DNA from: Marsupella aquatica
Lineage: Eukaryota; Plantae; Marchantiophyta
Length of the DNA: 64,000 bases
Direction of reading: 5' to 3'
Assembly: GCA_973895155.1 (NCBI GenBank)
Contig: OZ316894.1
Location: forward strand, 7,898,234 to 7,962,233
The notes below the pieces were generated by a model. It did not search any database. It was not told the origin of the DNA and worked only from the letters and a program-made list of their open reading frames with translations. The position numbers and the translations under genes are program-made. Shown here in pieces: positions 1 through 14,194 of this stretch (positions within the stretch are counted from its first letter, which is position 1; every line of letters starts with the position of its first letter).

Positions 1-3000
1 AGGAGTGGGGATGAATCCATCTGATAGTACGAAGAGGCCAATAGTAGTGGACGATAGAGTAAGAAATGTACAGCTAGCAATGGCTAGTAGATTACTTGAA
101 CAGACAGGTGGGAAGCTTGAGCCAAGCGGTTCAGGAGAAGCAGGAACTCTGCCTGATGGAGCAAACCGAGTCTTCAGTCCTCCTATTGGCTCTAGCCAGC
201 AATGGAGGCCTCATCATCCAGAGGTACGACCTCTCCTTGTTTTGCAGGCCTTTACTCTGTGATAGGCTGGTAGTTTCCAGTTGTTGCCAGTGGGATTTTC
301 TTCAACTCGAAAGGTCGTATTTGATGTAAGTGAAAAATCCTCTTTTTCTACGGGATACTCATTCTACAGTACATAGGGTGTTGAGAGGTCGGATATGTCT
401 GTGGGTTGAAAATATTTATTTTATCGCAATTAATAGGATTCTCATGATCTGAGAGAGAGGTGAACGACGAGATCGCGACTAAATTTGAGGCTCCGCGTTG
501 TGGTTTTAGTTCTTAATGGATAGATCTTGATATATTGCTAATTTGCCTTCTCCAGGGACAATTCCCATACGGTGGGAGAACTGAAGTGGCTCCTGACCTG
601 AAGCAAAAATTCCTGGAGCGCCTACACCAAGTACAGCAACAAAATCACGGTGGTACATTGCTGAGTCAAAGTCCTGGTTCAAAGCAGAGCAGCAGCCTTC
701 TACAGCAGGTAGCATGTTACTGGTGTCGTTTGATTGCACGTGTTATATGAGGGTCTTGATGTTATCGAGAACTTCACGGAAGTTTGTTTGCTGTCATGAG
801 AGAAGTGATACACACAATTATTTGGAAAGGCACCAATTTAATTGATGAGTTGAATGATTCCATATATCTTGTAGCCAGTGAGTACACCTGAAAAGATTAA
901 GTGACCGAGAATGTACTGTAGGCCCAACAACTGTTGCATCAGCAACAGCAAGTTCCTCTCGTACAACCTTTCCAGTCATCAGCTGCCCAGCAGCAGCAGC
1001 AACAGGGTTTTGTTGGGAAGTCTCCTTCCTCACAGAGTCTATCGTCTCCAAGTTCTCAGGCCAAGCAACAATCATCTCAAAGTCCCCTGCCATCTTCGCC
1101 TGACCTTGGTGCGCTCTCGACCTTACTCATTAAATGTTTGAGGTGTTCTTCATGTGGGCTATTGCAGTACAACGACTTTTCGTGGTAGTAAAGAAGATAG
1201 CTATAGGATTATAAGGAATTATTGGCATAGACTGTTACTCATCAATTGCTTGTCACCATGCTTAAAGGCCGGATGGTAAGCTTTCTACAGTATGTCGGCC
1301 CGAATAGATTGCATCCTCAATACTAAGCTGTCCGTGAGATTTCTAGTGACGGCAAGTGTTTTATGATGAGTTCCCTTAGGCCTGTCAGCTTGTGAAAGTG
1401 TCACGGTATTCAGTGCTACGCTGCGTTACGCAAGGTTTTTAAGTGAGCAATCCCTGTCTTGTGAGCTTGTTAATGAGTGAAAGTGTATAGCTTGCGTTAC
1501 TTCGCAATAATGTAAAATGCACTGGGATTGTCAAAGGTCACTCTGGGAACTGGCTTTTTAACCTCTCCGGGGGGGAATTTATAATCGGGAGCAGTTTGGA
1601 GGCCTGACGCATGATTAGGGCAAATGACTTCATGCTCCATATGTTGTGGCAGGTAGAGGCATGGAGCAGCCAGCACAATTGCCTGATGATAGTCCGGTTG
1701 ACACATCTAGTCTAAATGCGGCATTTCCACACAATGCGTCCCTGATCAGTGACGACGATCTCAAGAATCACGACACTTTTGATGTCCCTGTAAGGACTTC
1801 AGAAATGTTTACTCCATTCAAACGTGCTTTTCTCTTGCTGTGCGGTATTTATCATTTGCAGTATTGCGGGCTGGCCGGCCGCTGAGATAGGAAGCTTGCT
1901 TATCGTCCATACGATAAAGAGTTCAAACGTTGTAGCGTCCATGGACGATAATCGATAACTTTTACAAGCTGTAGAGTTCGTTTGACAGGTTGCAGGACCA
2001 GGATCCCTTGAAGATTTTAGAGAACTTCCACGTGATGTGGATTTCATCCCAGGCCAAGTGGCACCAGTTCAGTCATCAGCTGGACTTGGGGTGATAGGTC
2101 GTCACCATCCGAATCTAGGAGCAATTGGAGATAAACAATCGGGAGCAAACAGTGCACTTCATGATCAACAATATAACAAAGACGCACTAGCTTCGGCCTA
2201 TTTGAATATCCCTCAGCACCAAGACTCGGAACGACCGAAGAGCTACATTCCGGTATTTTTCTTACTGTAAAAGGTTCAGCCACCCAGTGTATTCTTGTCA
2301 AAGTAGATGAAAGTTCTTGTTGATGTTGAAGCTTTTGCCAAGTTATTGACGGGAATATGGGTGTAGTATAGCTCTCGCTACTTATATTCTATTCTGTTTT
2401 GCAGAGGAATCCAGCTGTTGCCCCTTCCAGTTATCCTCAAGTCCCGGTTCCAATTATAGACAATCCAGCACTCTGGGAGCATTTGGATACAGAAATACTG
2501 TTCTTTGCCTTCTATTTTCAGCAGGCAAACCTTTTACACTTCTAAATGCTGTTTTCGACTGTGTTGTCTTTTAATATAGCTACCCCAGCATTTTATCTTT
2601 TTTGTAAGGTAGGCTGGATTCTTGAAGGATATTATGAACCGCGGGATTGGTTAGGATGTTTGTATCCTATCACCCAGAGTGCACCCAGGGGGACAAAGAT
2701 CAGTGTTACTTGCAGCTGACCTGAGTTCTCTGTCGTCTCTCAGGGTACATATCAGCAATATTTGGCAGCAAGAGAGTTGAAAAAGCATTCTTGGAGATAT
2801 CACAAAAAGTACAACACGTGGTTTCAACGACATGAAGAACCAAAGATCACAACGGACGAGTTTGAGCAGGGTACATATGTCTACTTCGATTTCCACATTG
2901 TACACGATGATCATCAGCAGGGCTGGTATGTCATTCTCATTCCTTGTTTTGTATCGGAAGTTTATTTGAATGTATTTGACCTTTTCAAGATATGTTTCTG

Positions 3001-3286
3001 ATGCCAGTGCAGGTTTGGTAAGAATAGATACAAAATAGTGTTTGCAGGTTTAGTGTTGTATGTGAGCCCCTTGATAAAAAGGGTCTTCCCGACGTGTCAG
3101 TGTAGTCGAGGTCTTTTCTTGCTTCTTTCGGCCGGTCATGCCATCTACTATCACGTGTTGAGAATTCCTTAAATTTGCCGACTTTTAAGCGTAATCTGTT
3201 TGACTGCGTGGTTGAACAGGTGTCAGCGGATTAAAACAGAGTTTACCTTTGAATATAGCTACTTGGAAGATGAACTCATGGTGTAA
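1..3286 (+). CDS. NOT3: CCR4-NOT complex subunit 3 (NOT3/NOT5 family), 3' part; 5' end lies outside the window
   Basis: Exons joined in frame: <1-223, 556-708, 922-1108, 1653-1789, 1989-2252, 2405-2524, 2744-2925, 3220-3286 (TAA). They give the C-terminal NOT box [43 protein letters not shown]...YVYFDF...[23 protein letters not shown]. Confidence 0.93.
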
Positions 3287-6230
3287 ATCGTGATCCAGTG
3301 AATAATTTGATCTGTCAAGTCCCAAATGTTTGTTAATCAACCATTCAAATGAATTTGTATGGTGACATGGAATGAATGTGGAATCTTGCATTGAATCATT
3401 TTTTTAGTGCTGGTTGTGATCATGGCACTTCGTAGGGTCGTTCAAGGAAATCGGTATTTCTGTTGTACCATAGCAAAGCTTGCGATCCGATATTTGGCAT
3501 ATTGAAATTCCTTACTCTATTCCGAGAAAAATGCTCTTTGTGAGTTCTCGGCTGAGCCTAGCAGCAAAGAGGGAATCTAAGCCAATTACACTCAAAATCT
3601 CCTTCACGTGGAAACAAAATGGAGGAAGCTTAAACCACAAGTTCTAGTATGAAGTACTATGGGTAATCCATGGTTCTCATCTCACATACAGCATATGAAA
3701 GAACATATGCTTTTGGGAGTTTTTGAGTATCAGTGTCATCTCATTACACCACTGCGGGACGATCGATGACTCAAAACGTAAATCTTGGTGAGATCTATAT
3801 TCCACAAGAACCGCATTTAAAACAGTTCATAAGGACTGTGGACTCAATCGATCCCGTTGCCTCACTTTGTCTCTCCATATGCTCTGCCTTGACGAATGAT
3901 TACTCTCTGCCATGGAATGGATTTCATGGCAGGCTCCTCAATGTCCAGTACTCTTCTGTGACAAATAGTTCACAGAATGGCAATCTTTCGTTCCAATTGA
4001 TGCTGAGTTGACTGCTGCAAGCGCTTCCTATATGGGGGAGGGCCTCAAGAACGGCTTGCTAAAATAATATGGGCATACGCATCTGGTTGAATCGCGCCCC
4101 TTCTTGAGAGGCCGGAACCTTCTGAGAGAAAATGGCGTTCACCCCTGGTTGGATCGTGCCCGTTCTTGAAGGGCCAACAGATTGCTTTGTGTGCCTTCGG
4201 CATGGGCAAAGACCTTTGAGTAGTTGTAAAGGGTTCCTTTTGCTCGTCAGAGGGAAGGGCCATTTGAAATGTTTTTAGTGACTTCGAGCCTTCTGGGAGG
4301 TGGGCAGTGGTAGAAGCACTGACATGAACGCTGAAATAAATAGTCGGCATCTATTGCACAATTGCATCTGATTCGCCAATCCTGTAGCCGCAAACTCATG
4401 GGGGAGTAAATTTACTTCACAATTGAAATGGATCCTAACAAATCAAATCAATCACCATGGGCTCACAAAAATCAATAAGATTTGGTGGGCTCTGAAATTT
4501 CAGAGTGTTGAAAACATTCATGTGACTGTGAAACTGTTATTTAAAATCATGTGCCTACACTGTCCACTCAAATTTTCTTAAGATGGCCATATTGATTATA
4601 ATTGCTATTTTGCAATATGAAGTCAAAGGCCCAGGCATTGTTCCGTTGAGATATGTAAAAAACCATCAGGACTACGAACCCTGACATCAGTCAGACTATG
4701 GTCCAAAAGGAGCATTTAGGATGGAACACAACAAATCAATAATTAAAGGGAATAGAAGAGCAACTGAAATTCTTTGATTTGTTTCAATAGATGGTTTGAT
4801 ATTTTTCACTCAAGACTAGCCTAATTACCCGTTATCTTGAACACAAATAACATTTATTCAACACAACACCTAGGCATTGTGTTTGAGTGGGGCTAAGATG
4901 AAAAATGTAAATTATTGGGTCCTCTCACAGGAAAAGACATTTAAACTAACACACAATTTGAGTTTTGACTCTAAACTATTTTATGTTGAGCACAAAAAGT
5001 ACCAAAATTCATAAATCATATAACAATATTTATAAATAAAATATTCAAGCACAACACAAAAAGTACAAAAGTCATAAATTATATGACAATGCCTACATTT
5101 ATTTGAGGAAAACGCCCATTATCAAACACAACGCTATTAATTAGATTAAATATGATAATCAAAACTCGAATACTGTTTGGAGGAATAGTGAAGTGGGTTC
5201 CATGACAGCCTCACTCTTGGCGCCCTTCCTTTCCAAACAAGTCCCCTTTATTGGGCCCGCACCACACGCAAAAGCCAAGCAAGCCAAATGTCCTTCCTCA
5301 CCGCTCCAGCTTCAATTCAGGTCGACGACGACTCTCTCGTGCTCGATCAGTCGAAGCTCCGTCTGTCGTCTGATTTTCGCCCGTCAGGGCTGAAAGGGCT
5401 TTTGAGATCGCAAGACCCTGCCTGCCAAGCACTTCGAGAAGAAGCTGCGGTCCAGCAGAGCAGAGCAGTGCCGTGTGGAGTGAAGTGGAGTGAAGTGGAG
5501 TGCAGCATCGAGGATCGTCTATAACTCTGGAGGATTGGTTTGGTACAAGTTTCCGGAGATTCGCTGAGAGGATCACTTGAGTGGTTCTCTCTCTACAGTG
5601 AAGCTTGTCCTTCGCATGTGACGAATAGTGGAGAGCAGTCAATCTTGAGGTGCGCTTCCTATTGCTTTAGTGTACTGCGAGAATCGGGTTTACTTTCTCT
5701 TTTTTCATTGTACGTCAGGGTTGGTTGACGGGGAAAACTTCGAGGTTGTTGTTTCGGTGATGTTGATGTCGAGTCGAGGGCGGGATGAAGGGTAGAAGAT
5801 GTGCGGAGGCTTTCTTTCGTTTGCGTTGAGGTTGCAATATCTCGCTTTTGTTCTGACCGTAGTGTGGTGAGTATCATTTTGCCTTTCCTTCGTTTGCGTC
5901 GAGGGTGCAATATCTTACTTACTGCTGTTCTGGGGCTTTGTAGTGTGGTGAGTCGAATTTCAATTGGAGTGAGAAGTGGATTGTAATTCGGATGGAGGAG
6001 TGAATGAATTAGGTTTACGGTAATCAAGCCAAGTCCTCGGCATACGAGAGCGCCCAGAATGCTTGAGAGATAGTCTGCGAAACCCTAAACTCAAGTCGTA
6101 CAAGGGGTTACTGAGAGTCGTAGCTTAGCTTGGCAAAACAAGGCCAGACGGGTCGGAGTGGAGGAAGTTTTTCCAGGGCCGGAGGAAGAGGGATAATCGT
6201 TCGGGTGAGTGGGGCTCCGAAGGCGTCAAG

Positions 6231-8036
6231 ATGTCGGCCGTGGAGTTTCTCGGGCATCTACCCGCGCCCACACACACGAAGGCGTCAACTTACGATGTGG
6301 CGTCGGATCCGTGGTTCAAGGGGCGGGTGGAGGCAGTGAAGGCGACGCAGGAGGTGGCTAAGCGTCACAAAGAAGTGCCTCCGTATGGGAAGAGGGGTGG
6401 CTTCATTCCTCGCAAGGTGGAGGATTTCGGAGATGGGGGAGCGTTTCCGGAGATTCACGTGGCTCAGTACCCCCTGGATATGGGCAGGAAGGAACAAAAA
6501 GTCGACAGTAAAATCCTCCCCGTCGGTGTCGACGCGAAAGGCAGCATCGCTTTCGACACTATCGTCAAGCAGGGTGAAAATGCCTCCAAAATTGTGTACT
6601 CCCAGCACTCCGATCTCATCCCGAAAGTTCCCACGGAGGTTGTTGCCGAGAGGCCTGATGAAGAGGAAGTGCAGGAGACGACTGACAGAACGAAGGCTGC
6701 CCTGGAGAAGATTGTGTCAGCCAGGCTGAGTGCCGCGCAGCCGAAGAGTGTTCCCAATCAGAATTCGGCTCCTTCCTACATTAAGTACACCCCCTCCCAG
6801 CAGTCAGCTGCATTCAATTCTGGCGCGAAGGAGAGAGTCATTCGGATGGTGGAAATGCCAAAGGATCCTCTTGAGCCACCGAAATTCAAGCACAAGCGTG
6901 TACCTAAAGCAGCTGGGTCGCCCCCCGTTCCTGTAATGCATTCTCCTCCTCGCCCCGTGACTGTGAAGGACCAACAGGACTGGAAAATTCCCCCTTGTAT
7001 CTCGAATTGGAAGAACCCTAAAGGATATACCATACCGTTGGACAAGCGTCTTGCGGCTGACGGCAGGGGTCTTCAAGAGGTCCAAATCAACGACAACTTT
7101 GCCAAGCTCTCCGAAGCGCTCTACGTCGCAGAGCAGAAGGCTAGAGAGGCAGTCGAAATGCGTTCCAAGATTCAGAGGGAGTTGATGATGAAGGAGAAGG
7201 AGAAGAAGGAGCAGGAGCTCCGAATGCTGGCACAGCGAGCCAGGATGGAAAGAGCAGGCGGTGCAGGTGTTGGGCCTGAGAGGGTTGGCCCTGGAATGGG
7301 AGCTGGGCTTGGGCCAGGGGACAGGAAAATGGATGACAGTGACGCTCCTAGAGCTGTTAGCAAAGACGAGCGGCAGAGGGAGTCCAAAGAAGAGCGGGAG
7401 GAGCGTCTTAAGCGGGAAGCGATTCGAGAAGAGAGAAGGAGAGACAGAGAGCGGGAAAGGAGATTGGAAGCCAAAGACGGACCTACTGGAAAGAAGAGTA
7501 AGATCACGAGAGACAGGGACAGGGACATCAGCGAAAAAGTGGCACTTGGAATGGCCAACACTGGAGCAGCAGGTGGAGAGGTCATGTACGACCAACGGCT
7601 TTTCAATCAAGAGCAAGGAATGGAATCAGGATTTGCTGCAGATGATTCATATAATGTATACGACAAAGGTTTGTTTACGTCTCAGAATGCTATTGGAGGG
7701 TTATACCGGCCTCGTAAGGATGCCGACTCTGAAGTATATGGAGGCGAGCAGCTAGAGAAGGTGTTGAAAACAGACCGCTTTAGAGCAGACAAAGGATTCG
7801 CAGGGGCAACTGAAAGAGAAAGCAGAGATAGTAGGCCTGTCAACTTTGAGGAGGCAGAGGAAGCAGATCCCTTCGGTCTAGACCAGTTCTTGACAGAGGT
7901 GAAGAAGGGAAAGAAGGCGCTTGACAGGGTTGGTGGAGGTGGAACAATGAGGGCTAGCGCTGGGTCTGGAACTAGAGAGAGCTACGAGGGTGGTTCGAGC
8001 CGCAGTCACTTGGATTTTGAGAGGGGTGGTCGTTGA
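6231..8036 (+). CDS. SKIP: SNW/SKI-interacting protein (SKIP/Prp45 spliceosomal and transcription cofactor), intronless CDS, 601 aa
   Basis: Hallmark motifs DFGDGGAFPEIHVAQYPLDMGR, PPVPVMHSPPR, WKIPPCISNWKNPKGYTIPLDKRLAADGRGL, YDQRLFNQ, DPFGLDQFL. Confidence 0.97.
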   Translation: MSAVEFLGHLPAPTHTKASTYDVASDPWFKGRVEAVKATQEVAKRHKEVPPYGKRGGFIPRKVEDFGDGGAFPEIHVAQYPLDMGRKEQKVDSKILPVGVDAKGSIAFDTIVKQGENASKIVYSQHSDLIPKVPTEVVAERPDEEEVQETTDRTKAALEKIVSARLSAAQPKSVPNQNSAPSYIKYTPSQQSAAFNSGAKERVIRMVEMPKDPLEPPKFKHKRVPKAAGSPPVPVMHSPPRPVTVKDQQDWKIPPCISNWKNPKGYTIPLDKRLAADGRGLQEVQINDNFAKLSEALYVAEQKAREAVEMRSKIQRELMMKEKEKKEQELRMLAQRARMERAGGAGVGPERVGPGMGAGLGPGDRKMDDSDAPRAVSKDERQRESKEEREERLKREAIREERRRDRERERRLEAKDGPTGKKSKITRDRDRDISEKVALGMANTGAAGGEVMYDQRLFNQEQGMESGFAADDSYNVYDKGLFTSQNAIGGLYRPRKDADSEVYGGEQLEKVLKTDRFRADKGFAGATERESRDSRPVNFEEAEEADPFGLDQFLTEVKKGKKALDRVGGGGTMRASAGSGTRESYEGGSSRSHLDFERGGR

Positions 8037-11000
8037 CCTGAAGTCTTTCAAGAATTAGATAGGGCTTCTACCTGGGAAGTGCTGATGACGTAACTGTTAG
8101 TGAGAAAATTCTCGAGTGTCCAGGGCCTCTAGTGGGAATCTACTGCACTCAATATCAATGGTTGCTTCTAAGATTGCTAAATGATATGTTTTTATAGAAT
8201 CATTGCCGATCGCGTCACATTTGAGAACTTCTCAAAAAGGAATACGAGTGAGGACATCTTGGCTAGCAATCGAGCAATCTTTGCATGATGTCATCTGATC
8301 TGCTCCCAGGAATATTAGTTTACAGAAAATGCGTGAAACGACTAGTGGGAGTACGTAATGGACGTGGAGAAGAAAGGCTTGCTTATTTTGCTTTGACAGT
8401 TCAGGGATCATGGTAGAAATTGCTTGGAGGCTACCATAATTGTCTTGGTGTAGAATATCTTGGACGAGAAATGAGGTCTTCGAATCTGTAAATGTATTAT
8501 AAATCACGAAACGCAAACCCCGAATGTCTAGCATGAGTGGTCCAACGATGACCTTTCGCGTTTGGTTGCAGTCTCTTAAGGCTTTCCGAGAGGTTCTGGA
8601 TAGTCTTTGAAACAGTTTTAAAGTCTATGCTTGAGTCAAACTCTATCTTCTTAAATTTCAAGAAATGTGTCTATGACGCTGAACTGATTGCCATTTAAAC
8701 TTTTATGCTCCTGGAATCTTAGTAAGCCTTGCAGGGCTTCCATTGAATTTCCCTTTACTTTGCAATCTCCGCCCACAGCCGAATGCATTAGACAAGATCT
8801 TTGCCCACTTTAATTTCGCCAATCATGGTTGCCAGTCTTGCCACTCTCTTTCATCGTGTCTGCTACTCAACGCCGAAGCATTTCTTGTCTTGTGAGCTTT
8901 GGGTAGTGAAGGTCTCACTAGCATGCGATACAGTTGAAAGTAAAGTGAGTGTGTGGGTGACATGCAAAGGATACATGGAAGAGGTGCGTGGGAGGGATAA
9001 GAAGTTAAGCAGGGTCTGAAATTCAAAAGGAAGGCAAACTGAGCAAGATGCGAACCGGGGTGAACTGAGTGGGATGGACTAGAGCTCTCGCTAAATGATT
9101 TCTCCGGGACATCATGGTTGGTGTGAAATGGGTGAGATAGCCACGCTGGACTCCCCTTACTCTCCCTACATGGGTACTCCGGGACGTCGAGGGAAATTCA
9201 ACAATTGGAAACATGGTCGGGATTGCTGAGGGGTACAATTATTTGGTATTAGGTTACCACAACATTATGTGGCCTACCAAGTTCAAATTCCTCCTGAATC
9301 GCTTCAGATGACCCATGTGGAAACCCGAACTCGAGCAATTCATACATTTGGATTCCGTGGAGGAATGAGTCATCAAATGAATGACAGCGGATTCAACGCA
9401 CCTGGGGGCATTCTCAATTGGGCCGAATTGTCGGAGATAGTGAACTTCACTGCCCTCAGTTCCTCATCTTTCAAGGTACGATAACGTCTGAATTGTTTAT
9501 TTTTCACTGTTACTAACATGCTAGATGTCTTCTGGCCTGCACCATTGCCTTTGCCTTTGCCTTTGCCTCTGTCTTAGTTTATGGTTCTGTGCATGTTATT
9601 TCTGTTCGACTATCTGCAAATCTCTCTGCTTACTATTTACGTGAAAGACTTCAGAGTTGCAAACAGTTTTCTACCTGTAGTTCGGCAAGGTCTAATTGCC
9701 TGGTTGGAGACGTTAGTTCGCTGTTACGGAAGCGAAGGACAGATAGTCCAATTGCTGCAGATACCGCTACAACTATAGATTCTGTCTGGGTACCTTCACA
9801 ACCGTGCATTAGCGTCGCCTGGCTGCCTCTCTAGTCTGGTTCCTAGACCTCAACTATATCCTGGATGTAGTTGCTTTGTGTGTACGAATTTGCACATTAT
9901 ATCACCAGCATCTGCGCTTGAATGCGATCTATTTGCATGAGAGTCCGAATATCCCGAGTTAACAAGTGACCTCAAACCACCTGCAAATCTAGTTGTAATC
10001 TAGTTTTGCTTTCCATGGCCCCATGCAGGGCAGCAGCCTCTCAGGCACCGACGCAGATCAAATCAACCATGTGCTTTTCACAAACAGTTGGATGCACACA
10101 AAATCAGCCAGCTCCTGATTTTGAATATTCCGGCATCGATGGTCCACATCAGGAAGCCCCAAATTAATGTCCCTCAGATGTGTTACAGGATTGATGCCGT
10201 GAATGGCTATTCTGAGAGTCCGGATAGATTGGATCTGTAATGCCCGAAGTAGTCATGCATGGCATTAACAAGTGATGCTTTAGCAAAATTTGACCTTCTC
10301 CGCAGGTAGGCAATCAATCGGTCCACACACAGTAGCAATTACACATCAAGATGACCTTAGGAGAGAGAATAAAGCTTTAAATGTGTATAGTAAGTGATTA
10401 TCGGCTAGGCATCTACCCGCCACAGAATGAAATAAAGGAAGAACAGTTCAATCCCCTTTCTGGTGGTCACTCACAGTATGGCTCCAAGTTATCTCAGCTG
10501 GATGCTTTTTACTCATCGATAGGCAAGTGACCACTTGAGCATCCGGAGATCTTTGAACTGTTCTTGTTAGGCCAAGTTGACATTCTTTTCTGGAAAGTCA
10601 CTTCACTAAAATCTAAGTAGGCCGCATGTATTAGCTAGATGTATGTCGTTAACCATTGATTATGTCGATACAACCATATCTTCTTCTCAGAAACAGCCGA
10701 CAAAGACTCACCTGAAGATTGAGGAAATTGATTCATGCTGCTGGAGGGAGGGATGCTACATTGGTTTAGAAGTCAGTTGGTGTAAGAGAATCACAGTGCG
10801 CTTCTAGGATCTACAAGTTTTCAGATTTCTCAGTTTGCTCCCTGTATTGCAAATCACTTCCTTAAAGCTACTCTTCTTTGTTTTGGATCACATGTTCCGT
10901 GCTTGTATATTTTGAGAAATGCTTGAACCAGCCAACAAGCAGGTAGAACCACAAACGAGAAAAACAACTCATAGCACTGGAAACCTTATGTAGAAATGAC

Positions 11001-11354
11001 CATGACCAAAACTAATGATTGAGCGTGTCCCTCAACGACCACCTAGGCAGCCCGCTTGCCTCAGCAAATGCCTTTGAGGTCGCTTTGGCAAAAAAAGACA
11101 AAAGAATAAGCAAGGAGAGGGGAGGAGAAAAGAATGAGGAGAATGAAGAGGGGCTCTCTTTTTTATGCTAATTATCTATAAGTTCCTAATCTTGTCACAC
11201 CTAACTTCATTAGTTACTAATTAATATTATACCCATCCTAATTAAAAGCACACCTGCCCATTCTTCTAGGATTACTCAAATAAAACTATAGATCTATGTT
11301 GAAAAATGAGTGAGAAGTCTAGAAAAGGAGTAAAAGCACATTTTTATTTTATTG

Positions 11355-12130
11355 ATGTTGACCCCCTCTTGCAAGAAAAAGGAAAGATTTATAGAACCTG
11401 AAATCTTGTCTTTTTTGTTCCTACCCTTAAAATACCCTTATACCATCCATTGCCCCCCACTTCTAAGATCAAATATAGGGGTTAGCTAGTTAGATACACT
11501 CAACTAGTGTTTGCCCCCTCTAGCAAGAAAAAATTACAAACAAAGACCATTTTGAAAATGTCTCCCTTTCTTTGACTTTTTATTCCTCCCCTTAAAATAC
11601 CCTTAAACCACTCAACAATTCAAGAAAAAATTTATTTAAACCCTTTTTTATCCCTCCCCTTAAAGTAAACCTCCATCCCGACCAATGAATGAAAATTTCT
11701 CTTTTTTGTCTTTTTGATTGAGAAAAGGAGGAAAAACACAACCTTTTTTGTTTTGATTTTGACCCCCTCTTGCAAGAAAAAGGAAGATTTAAAAAACCTG
11801 AAATCTCTCCCTTCTTTGTCTTTTTTGTTCCTCCCCTTACAATACATGTAAGCCATTCATCGCTCCCCACTTCTAAGACCAAATACAACGGTTACCTAGT
11901 TTGATACACTCAACTATTGTTCCCCCCCCCCCCTCTAGCAAGAAAAAATACAAACGAAGACCATTTTGAAAACCTCTCCCTTAAATACCGTTAAACCTCT
12001 CAACAATTAAAGAAAATAAATTCTTCAAACCCTTTTTATCCCTCCCCTTAAAGTAACCCTCCATCTCAGCCAAAGAATGAAATAGTCTCTTTTTGTCTTT
12101 TTGATTTTCCCCTTCTTTAAAGTACCCTTG
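11355..12130. repeat. Imperfect tandem duplication of a ~400-bp pyrimidine-rich unit (possibly a TE remnant)
   Basis: GACCCCCTCTTGCAAGAAAAAGGAA at ~11360 and 11761; CCCCACTTCTAAGA..AAATA at ~11455 and ~11865; AAACCCTTTTT(T)ATCCCTCCCCTTAAAGTAA at ~11638 and ~12027. Confidence 0.75.
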
Positions 12131-14194
12131 ATCCTCTATCCCTCTAACTCTCAAAGAAAATAAAGTAATGAGATCAGCTATGGGGCATGCTCCTTACTCA
12201 TTGTTTCTTCTAAACAAAAAGGAAGTCCCTTTAAAAATCATCTATTGTTTCTGAACAAAAAGGAAGCCCTTTTAAGAGTCGTCCTTTTTCAAGGTGACCA
12301 ATTCCACTCAAAGGAAAATAAATATGATCCATTTCACCCAAAGGGAAATATATAAAAGAATTAAGAAATTCAAAGTAGTATGTGGGTCCAGCTCAATTCT
12401 TTTGGGTGGATGAGATTGCCAACGTGCATTCAATAGAGTGTTGTGTATGTGCTAGATCACATTGTCAAAGTACATTCAAAGGAGTGTTCTATGTAGGCTA
12501 GATAAGATTGCCAAAGTGCATTGAAAGGAGTGTTATAAATTTGTATTTTTAAATTCATGGGCATAAATTTAATTTTGTAGAATTGACATCTAAAGCTCAT
12601 CTACAATAATAAGAGGATGTGACAAGAAAAATGAACCACTAATTGTAAATATCTATGATATTATCTTGGGCAACTTAGTTTGAAGATTCAATTTGTTAAT
12701 ATATGCTAATAAAACTAAATTCTCATTGGTCCTAATGATCATGGCAAGTGGAAATAAAGACAAAAACCTGAAGTGTAAAATCATCATAGGTGATCATAGG
12801 TGTTCGAGAGAGAGGTCATATATACCAACTTTCATGGGAGTATGAGCACTTATTTTCTTGCATGATGTGGATTATGTAATCCATTGTACTTTATGATGTT
12901 ATTTTGTCTTAGTATTAAACGTAGCTTTCTCCATTATGTAGAGATTATAGCTCTAATAAACTGAACAAAATAGGTTGGATAGGAGATTTAGTGATGTTGT
13001 GTTCAATGTTTAGGGACTAATTTGTTGTGCTTGTGCAGGTTGATTGGAGGTTGAACTCATGACTCTTTGGTGTGCCTAGGGAGATCATAGTGGGGGTTTA
13101 TAGCATACTTCAGGCTAGGTGGGAGTATAGTTTACAGGAGACATTCAAGCTTGGAGGCTGACATCAAGTGGCAGAGTATTTTTGTATGGCTCTCATCATG
13201 TGACCCAGGTAGGTTTGTAGAATTGCATGTTTTGTTTAATAATTACAGTTTGTATGGATTTTATTAGTTGTGAAGTGGCCCAATGTCCTTTCAATTCAAT
13301 GGTTGAGCCCCCCTCTTCACCCTTTCTTGAGATGAGCATTTTACTCTTGGTTGCTAGACAAACTTGGGAGAATTTACAAATTATTTGACAATCAATAGCA
13401 AGCTCAACTCTTTGACAACACTTGAAATACAGGTTTGCCTTCTTTTTCTTCTCTCCTTATGGTCAAGAAGTGTGATTGCTAATATATTTTGTTATAAACC
13501 TATATAAAACATTTGTTCAGTAAATACTTTGGAGGCATTTTTTGGAGAGATATGGTTAGTAGACCCCCTTCTGGAAAAAGTTTGATTAATCAACCCCCTC
13601 GATACTTTTCCCCAATCTGGACCATTGATGAACTTTCAATCTCAGATCTGGACAGTTGATAGACCTCAGGGGGTCGATCAAGTGACAAGTTTCATTTTGG
13701 GGGTCGATCAAACAAATAGCTCGCATTTTTTGCCTCCCATCACATAACTGAACTTCAGCCAATAAGCAGCCTTTGCCAAGACACAGTAAGACATGTGTGG
13801 AATTGAATGACACCGTACACAAGTCCTACTGATCATACCAATCGATCTATGCAAGATGATGCAAGATGCGCGCTGCCTTGATCCACTAACGACATGAAAG
13901 CGATCACTGTAACCATCACAAGGTTATCATATACTTTGCCAAGTATAAGATAGCAGAGATATATGTTTTCCAAGACCTTGCTTAGATAAGCTCATATTCC
14001 AGACTGGCTATATCTTCTAGGATCTGACTGTGGCACTGTGAACAAATACACACCGGGTATAAACCAGTTACAGCTGATGACCAAAAGATCAAAATCATCT
14101 CAAAGTCACTCTAAACAAAATTTCCTCTATGGCAAAACTATAGCAAGGCTTCTTTGCACAGATCAGATCTTTCCTTTTACCGATGTTTAGGAGA

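Noticed and set aside
6285-7755. Long antisense or alternate-frame ORFs over SKIP (e.g. 6804-7616)
   Set aside because: Shadow ORFs of a GC-rich conserved CDS with no motifs.
9060-10850. Possible decayed LRR receptor-like gene
   Set aside because: Only scattered weak fragments and no reconstructable frame; BLASTX would be needed.
13576-13725. Possible DNA-transposon terminus (repeated GGGGTCGATCAA, local inverted repeat)
   Set aside because: No matching partner end or TSD was found in the window.
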